From Octopus bimaculoides (taxonomy: Eukaryota): DNA of 64,000 nucleotides. Shown here piece after piece: positions 36,015-48,628 of this stretch. How positions within the stretch are numbered: the first letter of the stretch is position 1; each line of letters begins with the position of its first letter. The notes under the pieces were generated by a model that saw nothing but the letters and a program-made list of their open reading frames with translations, ran no database searches and was not told the origin of the DNA. The position numbers were made by a program, and so were the translations under genes. Where the stretch lies: the NCBI RefSeq assembly GCF_001194135.2, contig NC_068987.1:55049456-55113455 (forward strand), read 5' to 3'.

Positions 36015-37564
36015 TACTCACTGGCTAGAAAAAAATAAGTATTGTTTTTAGTTGAGAGAAATCATCTTACTGTTAGGGAGAGGAAGACTTAACAGTGTTG
36101 TCTTGTGCTGTTTCCTTTCTCGTCTCTTGATGTACTCTGTTAACATTCCACCTGAGGTCACCCCACCCCTCAGCTGTTAAAATAAGAGCCAATCTTCTAC
36201 CCAGAAACAATCTGTCAGCAAATTTGTAACTTTGTTTCTTTGATCTTGAAAAACCACCTCCCTTCAAAATTGCTGGCTTTGTGCCTAAATTATAGCTCAT
36301 CATCATCATTATTACCTTTACAGTAATTGTTAAAACTATTATCAATGTTGTTAGCATCTTTGTTACTGTTTCTTCATTTCTCAATTATCTTGAAGTAAAA
36401 AAATATATATATATATCTTCACTTTAATTAAATTTCTGTAGTAATTTCCTTTGCATTTATCTTTCCTTCATTTTTTTTTTAATCATATCTTTATTTTCTA
36501 TACATTATTATTTTAAGCTAAATTAACATTCCAATTTAACTGCCATCCAGTTAACTTATAGAAAAGAAGAAAAAGATTGTAATAATTGTGACATTTGGAT
36601 AATAATTTTTTTTTTTTTTTTAATTTTATTTTATTGCTTTTGGAAACATTTCTATGTTAAAGAGGCATGAAACAATGTCAGAATTGATATTTTGTCTGTA
36701 TAGCATTTTTGAAATTAGATTCTGTTTGATATACAAAATAGGCCATTTTTGTATATATCTGGCTAGAGATTTCATATGAAACCAGTTGTTGAAACATGTA
36801 TACATATATATAGTGTGTGTGTAGACACACACATATATATACATACATGTCAGTAAGAAGTAGTATTTTTTTCCTCAAAGATATAAATTATTATATTAAG
36901 ACACAACTATGTTCATCTTTGATCTTCTTTATTAATGAATGATAATATTTATTTAATTAATGTTTCAAGACCTCCACGCCCTCATCATCAGGAATTGACA
37001 ATTGACAAGTCCCTTAACCCCTTGGGGCACTGCAGCCATGAAGTGTATCCTGGTGGAGCTCATCCTTCTCCAGGCTGAGCTTATTTCTACAGCTAAGCAG
37101 ACTGGAGCAATGTGAAATTAAGTGTTTTGCTCAAGAACACAGCAGATCGCCCAGTCCAGGCATCAAAACCACAGTCTTATGATCGGGAATCCAACACCCT
37201 ACCCACTAAGCGATACACCTCCACTAGTGGTAATCTTTTCTACAGCTAAGTGGACTGGAGCTATGTGAAATGAAATGTTTAGCTCAAGAATATAATGCAT
37301 AACTTGGTCCAGGAATTGAAACCACAATCTTACGATCATGAGTCCAGATCCTTTGCAACTTTCAGCAAAGGGTATAAACAACACACCATTATTTACTATC
37401 ACTTTATTCTACTGATAGGACTGAAGGTTTCAAAATGTTAATGGATTTAAGAAGACTCTCGTTCCAAATAAAGAACTAATAAGGATATATGAAAAATCCT
37501 TAATAAAAATGATCAAAATTGAACATAGTCATATCCCCAGGCCCTCTAGTTGTTTCCTTTACCG

Positions 37565-37963
37565 GACGGGCATGGCTGTATGGTAAGAAGCTTGCTTCCA
37601 ACCACATGGTTCTAGGTTCAGTCCCACTGCATGATACCTTGAGCAAGTGTCCTCTACTATAGCCTCTACCAAAGCCTAGTGAGTGGATTTGGTAGATGGA
37701 AACTGAAAGAAGCCTGCTGTATATGTGTGTGTCAGTCTGTCTGTTTTTGTGTTTGTCCCCCCACTACTGCTTGGCAACCAATGTTGGTGTGTTTATGTCT
37801 CTGTAACTTAGTAGTTCGGCAAAAGAGACTGATAGAATAACTGCTAGGCTTTAAAAATAAGTCCTGGGGTCGATTTGTTCGACTTAAAAAAAAAAAAAAA
37901 AAAATCTTCAAGGCGGTGCTCTAGTATGGCCGCAGTCAAATGACTGAAACAAATAAAAGAATA
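37565..37963 (+). mobile_element. SINE family A
   Basis: Full length. Confidence 0.85.
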
Positions 37964-40837
37964 GTCATGTCTGTAATATATGTAAGTATATTGTATTTTT
38001 ACATAGTTGCTTGTTATTGAACACATTTTTGTTATTTTTTTTATTCCTATTTTTATTAAGTATTGAAAAAAGTTACTGTAGAATGTCAGTGACCAGGTAG
38101 CAAATATTTGATGAAAGACTTTAGTCAATAATAGTAGAACTTCTGTGTTAATTACCAAATATATTTCTAATATGGCTTCACTAAAATGCAATATTATGAA
38201 GATATATTACCTAAAGTTAAAATGTTCTTATGCAATCTAATGGTGGAAGCTGATGCTTTTGAGTTAGGAAAATATGAAGAATCTTATTAAAAGCTTAAGT
38301 TTTTGTTATTTTGTCATTTGTTTTTACTGAAAATTTTATTAGTATGTAGATTAAACATACACTGTTTCTCTTTTTTCCCAAAAATATGTCTTTTCATTCC
38401 ATAATCTTGCTTTCAACTTAAAGCTTCCAATAAATTGCTTGTGACAATCAATTTTATTGGGTATAAAACTTCCAATATATACAGTTATTAATTATATCAT
38501 CATCATCATCATTTTATATATCTGCTTTCTATACTGGCATGGATTGGATGTTTTGACTGGATGCTTTTACATGGACCCCAGCACTCAACTGGTGCTTATT
38601 TTATCGACCTCAAAAGGATGAAAAGTAAAGTCAACCTCGGTGGAATTTGAACTCAGAATGTAAAGGTGAATGGAAGCCACTAAGCATTTTGTCCAGTGAT
38701 TCTTGCCAGCTTGTCACCTCTTTGTATTTGCTAATAATACAAAGCACAGGTGTAGCTAGGTGGCTAAGAAGTTTGCTTTGTAACTATGTGGTTTTGGGTT
38801 TGATCTCATGGCATGTCGTCTTGGGCAAAGGTCTTCTTCTATAGCATCTGATGGACTAATGCCTTGTGAGTAAAATTTGGTGTACAGAATCTCTATGGCA
38901 GCCTGTTGCATGTGTGTGTGTGTTTCTTCATGTGTTTGCTTTTGAGATGACTTTGGCAGTGGTAACTCATGTCCTGTAAAAACAAGAACCCATGAGGTCA
39001 CCATTTGAGGCTTTGGAATAAAATGCATCTGGCTCGAAAACGGGGGGCTGGTATCAAGAATGGCAGCCATCCTTAGAATACTGCTTCAAAAAGTGTAGTC
39101 CAACACATGGCAGCATGGAAAAAAATGAATATAAAAATGGTGATGATGGTGTTGATCTTGATGCTTGCATTAATAAACTGTACACATAATTGGCTACTAT
39201 CTTCAGTTATGTGGATGAAACTTGTAAGTGCTAAGTGTACTGATTGTGTATAAACTACAGTTCCAAAGAGTGGATAGGCGTCATAAAATCTTTGGCTCAC
39301 AGTCCAATACTCTCTAGATTTGACCTCCTATGGATTTTATGTGGCAATATGAATGTAAAAGCCTCTTTTAATTTCAATCTTATTATGATTGAAACTGCAA
39401 TACAGCTCATATGCATGCATTTCTATGCCAGTGCGTTAACAATTGTGCTTAAGTAGATGCATACTCACACACAAATGCTGAGTGAATTCATTAACAATTG
39501 TGTGTGTGTGTAGGCATATATACACACATACAGATGCACACATGCGTCATTTTACTCATACTGATAATCATAGAATCCATCAATCTACTGTGTATTTCTA
39601 TAAATATGTATGAATGTTTGTATGTATATTAAATTGAAGTAAAGAGGAAAGAAATGGAAAAAGAAAAATACGAAAGTCAATTTCAGATATATCTTCATTT
39701 AATAATAGCATTGATGAATAATGAAACTAGAGATAATTTTAAAGCTTTCTGGTTTTGTTATTTGTTGAAATATTTCTTAATGGCGTATAACCACAATCAA
39801 CACATGCTTATCTATAAATGAATGTAGTTAAATATTATGGTATGGGATATTGCAAGAGAATGCATAAACCTTCAGCTGTTCTTTGTGCCCAACATATTTC
39901 AAATTTTCTACTCGGAAAGGTAAAAAATTAACAACAATAATAAAGTTTGAAAAACGACAATATAGAAAGTAAACCGCAAATAATGTTTTTTTTTTTATAT
40001 ATATATATTTTATGTTTTTAATTTTGCAATTTCTAAATGATAGCGTCATTGTTTACAGATCTTCAATGTGCCAGTCAGAAATTTACCACATTTTAACTGC
40101 ATGAATGACAAGGAAGTATCTGTAATTCATTGCGGAGGACTTTGTTTGAGGGATACCACTTTTCTTCCAATGTTTACATTCTTTATTGATACACATTACT
40201 AAAAGAAAAGGAAAAAGGAAAACTGGCATTCCGTTTGTTATGAGGGTTCCTGTTGATCCGATCAGCAGAACAGCCTGCTCGTGAAATTAACATGTAAGTG
40301 GTTGAGCACTCCACAGTCATGCATACTCTTAATGTAGTTCTCAAGCAACTGCAGTGTGACAAAACTAGCTTTTTGAAATACAGATACTACTCATTTTCAC
40401 TGGTGTAACATGAAATAGAGTGTCTTGCCTAAGGATGCAACACACCAATGGGTATCAAGCCCTTCACTGTACAATCATAAGGCTAATACCCTAACCACTA
40501 AGTCATGTGCTTTCACTACACATTGCCAAAATATTTAAATGTCCTGTACATCCACCCATCATTTAACATCCATCATCCATGCTCAACGTGGGTCAACCAA
40601 TTAGACTGCAGCATACTCTATTTTGGCATGGTTTCTATGACTGGATGATCTTCTCCATGTCATCTTTTTTTCAATTTCCATCTACCAAATCCACTCGCAA
40701 GGCTTTACTCAGCCTGAGGCTATAGTAGAAGACACCTGCCCAGGGTGCCATGTAGCGGGACTGAACCCAAAACCATGTAGTTGGGAAGCAAGTTTCTTAT
40801 CACACAGTCATGCCTACACCTATATATTTGTGTGTGT

Positions 40838-41170
40838 CATCATCATCATCATTTAATGTCCGCTTTCCATGCTGGCATGGGTTAGATAAAAACTGGTAAG
40901 CCAGGGGGGGGGGGCTGATTTGGCAAGGTTTCTACAGCTGGATGCTCTTCCTAACGCCAACCATTCTGAGAGTGTAGTAGGTGTGTGTATATCATCATCA
41001 TCATCATCATCGTTTAACGTCCGCTTTCCATGCTAGCATGGGTTGGACGATTTGACTGAGGACTGGTGAAACCGGATGGCAACACCAGGCTCCAATCTAA
41101 TTTGGCAGAGTTTCTACAGCTGGATGCCCTTCCTAACGCCAACCACTCAGAGAGTGTAGTGGGTGCTTTT
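40838..41170 (-). mobile_element. Two stacked RTE LINE 3'-UTR tails with (GAT)n ends
   Basis: Both read (CAT)n-(cg)tttaa(c/t)gtccgctttccatgct(a/g)gcatgggtt on +. The second is near-identical to the copies at 32286 and 58945. Confidence 0.75.
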
Positions 41171-42078
41171 NNNNNNNNNNNNNNNNNNNNNNNNNNNNNN
41201 NNNNNNNNNNNNNNNNNNNNNNNNNNNNNNNNNNNNNNNNNNNNNNNNNNNNNNNNNNNNNNNNNNNNNNNNNNNNNNNNNNNNNNNNNNNNNNNNNNNN
41301 NNNNNNNNNNNNNNNNNNNNNNNNNNNNNNNNNNNNNNNNNNNNNNNNNNNNNNNNNNNNNNNNNNNNNNNNNNNNNNNNNNNNNNNNNNNNNNNNNNNN
41401 NNNNNNNNNNNNNNNNNNNNNNNNNNNNNNNNNNNNNNNNNNNNNNNNNNNNNNNNNNNNNNNNNNNNNNNNNNNNNNNNNNNNNNNNNNNNNNNNNNNN
41501 NNNNNNNNNNNNNNNNNNNNNNNNNNNNNNNNNNNNNNNNNNNNNNNNNNNNNNNNNNNNNNNNNNNNNNNNNNNNNNNNNNNNNNNNNNNNNNNNNNNN
41601 NNNNNNNNNNNNNNNNNNNNNNNNNNNNNNNNNNNNNNNNNNNNNNNNNNNNNNNNNNNNNNNNNNNNNNNNNNNNNNNNNNNNNNNNNNNNNNNNNNNN
41701 NNNNNNNNNNNNNNNNNNNNNNNNNNNNNNNNNNNNNNNNNNNNNNNNNNNNNNNNNNNNNNNNNNNNNNNNNNNNNNNNNNNNNNNNNNNNNNNNNNNN
41801 NNNNNNNNNNNNNNNNNNNNNNNNNNNNNNNNNNNNNNNNNNNNNNNNNNNNNNNNNNNNNNNNNNNNNNNNNNNNNNNNNNNNNNNNNNNNNNNNNNNN
41901 NNNNNNNNNNNNNNNNNNNNNNNNNNNNNNNNNNNNNNNNNNNNNNNNNNNNNNNNNNNNNNNNNNNNNNNNNNNNNNNNNNNNNNNNNNNNNNNNNNNN
42001 NNNNNNNNNNNNNNNNNNNNNNNNNNNNNNNNNNNNNNNNNNNNNNNNNNNNNNNNNNNNNNNNNNNNNNNNNNNNNT

Positions 42079-42201
42079 TGTACCTGTGTTCTTTGCCTGT
42101 GAGGAACCTTGCAGAACCTCCTCTCCATCTTACTTCCTGGATGCAGCACATATCTACGCATCTCCGTTCAAGCATCTCAACAATTTCACCAGATCTACCT
42201 T
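42079..42201 (-). mobile_element. RTE LINE endonuclease N-terminal fragment running into an N-gap
   Basis: Minus frame GRSGEIVEMLERRCVDMCCIQEVRWRGGSARFLTGKEHRY is an APE-domain 'CLQE(T/V)RW' motif. It has no stops. Confidence 0.8.
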
Positions 42202-42880
42202 AGGAACATTTTGCTTAGCTTAATGGTACAGAGGACTCAGCTGGTATCTGATAGATATGGAATTTGATTCTCCATAGCCACCTTCTGGTAACTTTCTTTT
42301 GTCTTCTTAGGCTAAATAGCCAATCGTGCTCAGCTGTTTTCATAGCTATACTGCATTTGAAATTTACTTTCTTGTCTGTAATATATATATATATATATCT
42401 ATATATATATATATATGGCAATATGAATGTAAAAGCCTCTTTTAATTTCAATTTTTTCTCTCCTTTTTCTCTCCTTTTTCCTTGTTTCTTTCTGTGTTCC
42501 TTTCTGTTGAAGAGCGTAGGCTCGAAACATGAAAGACTTTCTCTATTCCCAAGCGTGATACTAATACATCCATTTGTTGTTTACACCACCTGTCTTTGNN
42601 NNNNNNNNNNNNNNNNNNNNNNNNNNNNNNNNNNNNNNNNNNNNNNNNNNNNNNNNNNNNNNNNNNNNNNNNNNNNNNNNNNNNNNNNNNNNNNNNNNNN
42701 NNNNNNNNNNNNNNNNNNNNNNNNNNNNNNNNNNNNNNNNNNNNNNNNNNNNNNNNNNNNNNNNNNNNNNNNNNNNNNNNNNNNNNNNNNNNNNNNNNNN
42801 NNNNNNNNNNNNNNNNNNNNNNNNNNNNNNNNNNNNNNNNNNNNNNNNNNNNNNNNNNNNNNNNNNNNNNNNNNNNNNNA

Positions 42881-43223
42881 CAGGAGTGGCTGTGTGGTAA
42901 GAAGCTTGCTTCCCAACCACATGGTTCTGGGTTCAGTTCCACTGCATGGCACCTTGGGCAAGTGTCTTCTACTATAGCCTCAGGCCGACCAAAACCTTGA
43001 ATGGATTTGGTAGATGGAAACTGAAAGAAGCCCGTCATATATATGTATGTGTGTTTGTGTTTGTTCCCCAACCATCGCTTGACAACTGGTGTTTGTGTGA
43101 TTATGTCTCTGTAAGTTAGCGGTTTGGCAAAAGTGACTGATAGAATAAGTACTGGGGTCAATTTGCTCAACTAAAAGCGGTGCTCCAGTATGGCCATAGT
43201 TAAATGACTGAAACAAGTAAAAG
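42881..43223 (+). mobile_element. SINE family A (5' end at the gap edge)
   Basis: Runs from caggagtggctgtgtggtaag to gactgaaacaagtaaaag. Confidence 0.8.
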
Positions 43224-44146
43224 TACATATATGACAAGCTTCTGTACAGTTTTTGTCTATTAAATTCAACTAAAAAAAATATTGGTCAACTTGAGGCTAT
43301 TGTGGATGACATTTGCATAAGGTGTCTCATTGGTGGAGTTGAAGCCAGAGTCATGTGGGTCTGCAATGCCAATTTCTTAACCACACAGCCATGCCTGTGT
43401 CCAGTTCTTTTCACGGACTCACCATTCCATTGAAGTTGCTGTAGGGAAAAGTCACTTTTTAATGCTAGAAGCACTACCAGTAGTTTTCCAAATCACAGGT
43501 TGTGTCAATACATTTCGAAATCAATATCTACATGCAAAAAGAAAAACAAAATTATTTTAGATCGAATGAGATAAATTAATCAGTCTCGCTGTTTTATACT
43601 TTATTTATTGATTTCACTCATTTGTTTGTGACCATGCTGTAGCACCTATGTTAGACCTATAAACTGATTGGTTATCCTTTTTATTCTAGCATTAAGAACA
43701 AAATTGTTATTGTAATCCTGTAAGGTTTGACAATAAAAATATATCTTAGCAGGAGCAGTATATAACAAGCCAGGTTTATAATACTGATTTTAGCCCTGCA
43801 AAACCCCCACCTCCTTTTTCTTTTTTTCTTTCCTTTCTTTTTTTAACACTTAGATTCACAAAGAGAGTCTGTTCTTATTTTATCAACCGTGGATAGATTA
43901 AAGGCAAAGTTAATTGCAGTGCAGTTTGATCTGAGGATGTCAAAAGTTTTAAACTTGGTTTCTATTTTTCTGTCAGTGATAACAGTAACAGTGGTCAGGA
44001 AGGCATGTTGGCTGTGTATGTGTGTGTGGGGGGGGGGGCGAATGGAAGAGAAAGATATCTACTTTCTAGTGAAGTGCTGTAACCTTTACATTCCTTGGGT
44101 TTATCATCTATCAGATTTCCCTTTTCTGCAGTAACAGTAATAACGA

Positions 44147-45250
44147 TAATGGTATCAAATTTTGGCTTAAGGCCAGAAAGATTTGGGAGAAAGGATTAGT
44201 TGGATATATCAACCCCAGCACTTGACTGCTACTTATTTTATCAACTTTGGTGGAAATTGGAAGTCTGTATGTAAAGAGTTGGAAGAAATGCCACTAATTT
44301 TTCGTGCAATGCATTAATGACTACCTCAGTAATAAGAATAGCTTAAAATTTTGGCTCAAGGCCAGCAAAGTCAGAAAAGGGGGTAGATCAATTACATTGA
44401 CCCCCAGAGATCAATTAGGACTTAGTTTATTGACCCTTAAAGGTTGAAAGACAAAGTTGACTACAACAGCATTTGAACTAAGAATATAATGTCAGAAGAA
44501 ACGCTGCTAAGCATTTCACTTGACATACAATTGATTCTGCCAACTTGTCACCTCAATAATAATAATGGTTTCAAATTTTACAAGGGCAGTAATTTTGGGA
44601 AAGGGGATGAGTTGATTACATCAACCCCAGTGTTCAACTGGTACTTAATTTATCGACCGCGAAAGGATGAAAGGCAAAGTTGACCTCAGTTGAATTTGAA
44701 CTTAGAACATAGCGACTGGTGAAATGTTGCTAAGCATTTCATCCAGCATGCTAACAACTCTGCCATCTCACTGCCATAATAATAATAATAATAATAATTA
44801 TAATAATAATTATAATAATAATAATTATAATAATAATAATAATAATAATAATGGTTTGAATTTTGGAACAAGGCCAGCAATTTTAAGGAAAGGTGTTACT
44901 CAATTACATTGAACTCAGTGCTCAACTGGTACTTATTTTATCAGCCCCGAAGGAGATGAAAGGCTAAGTCAACCTCAGTGGAATTTGAACTGAGAACATA
45001 CAGACAGACCAAATGCCAACTCACCACCTTAATAATTGGTTTCAAATTTTGGCCCAGGGCTAGAAAATTTGGTGGGGAAAGATTAAGTGGATTCATCGCC
45101 CCCAATGATCAACTGGTACTTATTTTATCGACCCCGAAAAGATGAAAGGCAAAGTCGACCTTGGCGGAATTTGAAATGAAAATGTAAAGACAGACAAAAT
45201 TCCACTAAACATTTAGTCTGATGTTCTAACAGTTCTGCCAGTTCACCACC
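44147..45250 (-). mobile_element. Head-to-tail array of five SINE 'family D' copies separated by (AAT)n
   Basis: The module aaattttgg..caagg...accccag...tacttattttatc...gaaaggcaaagt...gaatttgaac...ctgcca repeats at about 44147, 44330, 44554, 44852 and 45031. Confidence 0.8.
44777..44851 (+). repeat. (AAT)n microsatellite
   Basis: Read directly from the sequence. Confidence 0.95.
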
Positions 45251-45684
45251 AAAATAGTAATAATAATAATAAAAATAATGGAGAATACTAATGGGGATAA
45301 AAGTTGTCAAATAACAGTGTTAATGCTAAAAGCCAGACTGTTAAAACCATTACAGAATTAGCACATACTGAAATACTATTGCATGTGTTTGTTTTCATTT
45401 GTCTCTTTTTTGTTGTCTTTTTTTTCTTCTTGTTCTTGTAAATGGTTCATAATGACAAATTAATGTAAAGTGTATGAAATACAAACAGTCAAATGCTTAT
45501 TAAGAACATTAGTTACTCGTCTTTTGTAATTTTAAAATCACTTCTCACCCGCTACTCATTTTTTTGGTTTTGTTTGTTTTGTTTTTGTATAGTTTATGTA
45601 TATATTTATTTATTTTTGATATCCAATTTATAGATGAGACAAGCAATTGCTAAATTACTAACACCCTAAATGCTTCTTAGCATC

Positions 45685-45870
45685 ATGTGTGTGTGTCCAT
45701 GTGCATATGTGTGTGTGTGTCCATGTACATGTCTGCATGTGCATATGTGCATGTATATATGGTTGTCTGCATGCATATCTGTATGTGTCTGCATGCATAT
45801 ATGTGTGTGCACATGTTTGTACATATGTATATCTGTCTGTCTGTGTGTATATATGCATGCATGCATATGT
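45685..45870 (+). repeat. Alternating purine-pyrimidine low-complexity tract (TG/TA/CA mix)
   Basis: Read directly from the sequence; it generates several spurious ORFs. Confidence 0.9.
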
Positions 45871-47418
45871 TGAAGTATCCTACAAACTGTTATCAAAGTA
45901 ATCATACAGAAACAAAGCTGTTATTAATCATGCACGCTGTTGGTTTTGCATGAGCAATTAGTGCATATTTTCTGGCGCTCACCACATTGTTTCCTATGTG
46001 AAACAATGAGAGGAGGAGGAGAAACACAATTTAATTTGCATGGAGTGCATTATTTGTACCGGTAACCAGCAGTTCTTGTGTTTTGTTAAGTTTCAATGTG
46101 TGGTCTCATTCTACACTGATCAATACTTGATTGATGATTGATGGAATATTGTTAGGCATTTTCTGCTACAAAGTTGCATGTATTACTTATTTCTTTCTCT
46201 TTCTCTCTCTCTCTCTTTCTCTCTCTCTCTTTCTCTCTCTCTTTCTTTCTCTCTCTCTCTCTTTCTCTCTCTCNNNNNNNNNNNNNNNNNNNNNNNNNNN
46301 NNNNNNNNNNNNNNNNNNNNNNNNNNNNNNNNNNNNNNNNNNNNNNNNNNNNNNNNNNNNNNNNNNNNNNNNNNNNNNNNNNNNNNNNNNNNNNNNNNNN
46401 NNNNNNNNNNNNNNNNNNNNNNNNNNNNNNNNNNNNNNNNNNNNNNNNNNNNNNNNNNNNNNNNNNNNNNNNNNNNNNNNNNNNNNNNNNNNNNNNNNNN
46501 NNNNNNNNNNNNNNNNNNNNNNNNNNNNNNNNNNNNNNNNNNNNNNNNNNNNNNNNNNNNNNNNNNNNNNNNNNNNNNNNNNNNNNNNNNNNNNNNNNNN
46601 NNNNNNNNNNNNNNNNNNNNNNNNNNNNNNNNNNNNNNNNNNNNNNNNNNNNNNNNNNNNNNNNNNNNNNNNNNNNNNNNNNNNNNNNNNNNNNNNNNNN
46701 NNNNNNNNNNNNNNNNNNNNNNNNNNNNNNNNNNNNNNNNNNNNNNNNNNNNNNNNNNNNNNNNNNNNNNNNNNNNNNNNNNNNNNNNNNNNNNNNNNNN
46801 NNNNNNNNNNNNNNNNNNNNNNNNNNNNNNNNNNNNNNNNNNNNNNNNNNNNNNNNNNNNNNNNNNNNNNNNNNNNNNNNNNNNNNNNNNNNNNNNNNNN
46901 NNNNNNNNNNNNNNNNNNNNNNNNNNNNNNNNNNNNNNNNNNNNNNNNNNNNNNNNNNNNNNNNNNNNNNNNNNNNNNNNNNNNNNNNNNNNNNNNNNNN
47001 NNNNNNNNNNNNNNNNNNNNNNNNNNNNNNNNNNNNNNNNNNNNNNNNNNNNNNNNNNNNNNNNNNNNNNNNNNNNNNNNNNNNNNNNNNNNNNNNNNNN
47101 NNNNNNNNNNNNNNNNNNNNNNNNNNNNNNNNNNNNNNNNNNNNNNNNNNNNNNNNNNNNNNNNNNNNNNNNNNNNNNNNNNNNNNNNNNNNNNNNNNNN
47201 NNNNNNNNNNNNNNNNNNNNNNNNNNNNNNNNNNNNNNNNNNNNNNNNNNNNNACCTCGTGCTTGTATTAGTGATAATAATAATAAATCTTTTATTATTA
47301 TATTGACAGTGAGCTAGAACTGTTGGCATGCTGGGCAAAATGCTTAGCAGCATTTTGTCCATTTTTATGTTCCATGTTCAAATTCCATTGAGGTTTACTT
47401 GGCCTTTCATCTTTTCAT

Positions 47419-47713
47419 CCGACCAAAGCCTTGTGAGTGGATTTGGTAGACGGAAACTGAAAGAAGCCCATCGTATATATGTATATATATGTGTGTGTGT
47501 GTGTGTATGTTTGTGTCTGTGTTCCCCCCCCCCAACGTTGCTTGACAACTGATGCTGGTGCGTTTTTGTCCCCATAACTTAGCGGTTTGGCAAAAGAGAC
47601 CAATAGAATAAGTAGTAGGCTTACAAAGAATAAGTCCTGGGGTCGATTTGCTCAACTTAAAGGCGGTGCTCCAGTATGGCTGCAGTCAAATGACTGAAAC
47701 AAGTAAAAGAATA
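47419..47713 (+). mobile_element. 5'-truncated SINE family A joined to a family D copy (47290-47418)
   Basis: Abrupt junction: cctttcatcttttcat|ccgaccaaagccttgtgag. Confidence 0.75.
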
Positions 47714-48574
47714 TCTATGTATAATTTGATATACATAAAGAAAGATAAGTTTAACACATTAAATTAATGCATAACAGCTTCATTAACACTGCCACTGAAT
47801 TTAGGACATTTATATTACTTATGAAGTATTCTATATTTTTCAAAATTGTACCTATCCTAATGTTGGAGAAATCATAACAATCAAGTACAGACCACATTTA
47901 ATCTTGAAAAATTGCATTGATACATAAATAACATGTGTAAATAACATATTTAAGCAAATTTATCCTAGTGATAATTTTATCAAAGCTAATTCACCGTTAC
48001 TTTAAAATTTGGTTTTGTCTAGTGAGAAGGATGAAACTGCTATTTTTAAAAGTTTAGGAATATTACATGCCTTTGAAGAAACTGCTATTTTTAGTCCTTT
48101 ACTCGAGTTTTCAGTAAATCTTGTACAAAGACGATTTTTTGCATAATTCAATTTGGTGAAAAAAAAGCTCACATTTTTTGTAAAAATGTGAAAAATGAAA
48201 TAGGAAGGAAAATTTAAATACTTGGGATTCTTGGATATGGATAATTTTTACACAGTATCTTCTTCAATCTTTCAACTTTCATTTCAGATAAAAATTATTT
48301 CAATACATGCAATATATTTTTAGTTTTCTCAGCTAAAGTGTAGTTGGGTCTCAAGAGGGTGGTACAAACCTAGCAATATGTGTTTTATAGTGAAAACAAA
48401 CTTTCCATTCAAATGGTAATTACCAGACGATTTCTGTTGGAGTCTGATTGTTTTAAGTTGCAGTGCAAACCTAGCCTATGTCACAACTAGGCATACTAGT
48501 ATTGTATATAAAGTTTATAATTGAAAAATTTACCCTATTCTTTACATACGAGTATATCAGCCTGCAAGCTCAAT

Positions 48575-48628
48575 AAAATGGCCTGGTAGATGCAATTGTG
48601 CCCGCGGGCAGGTGTTTCCCCACCCCTG
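48575..48628 (-). mobile_element. One end of a hAT-type element
   Basis: Reverse complement CAGGGGTGGGGAAAC...GCCCGCGGGC resembles hAT termini. The partner end and TSD were not found. Confidence 0.4.
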
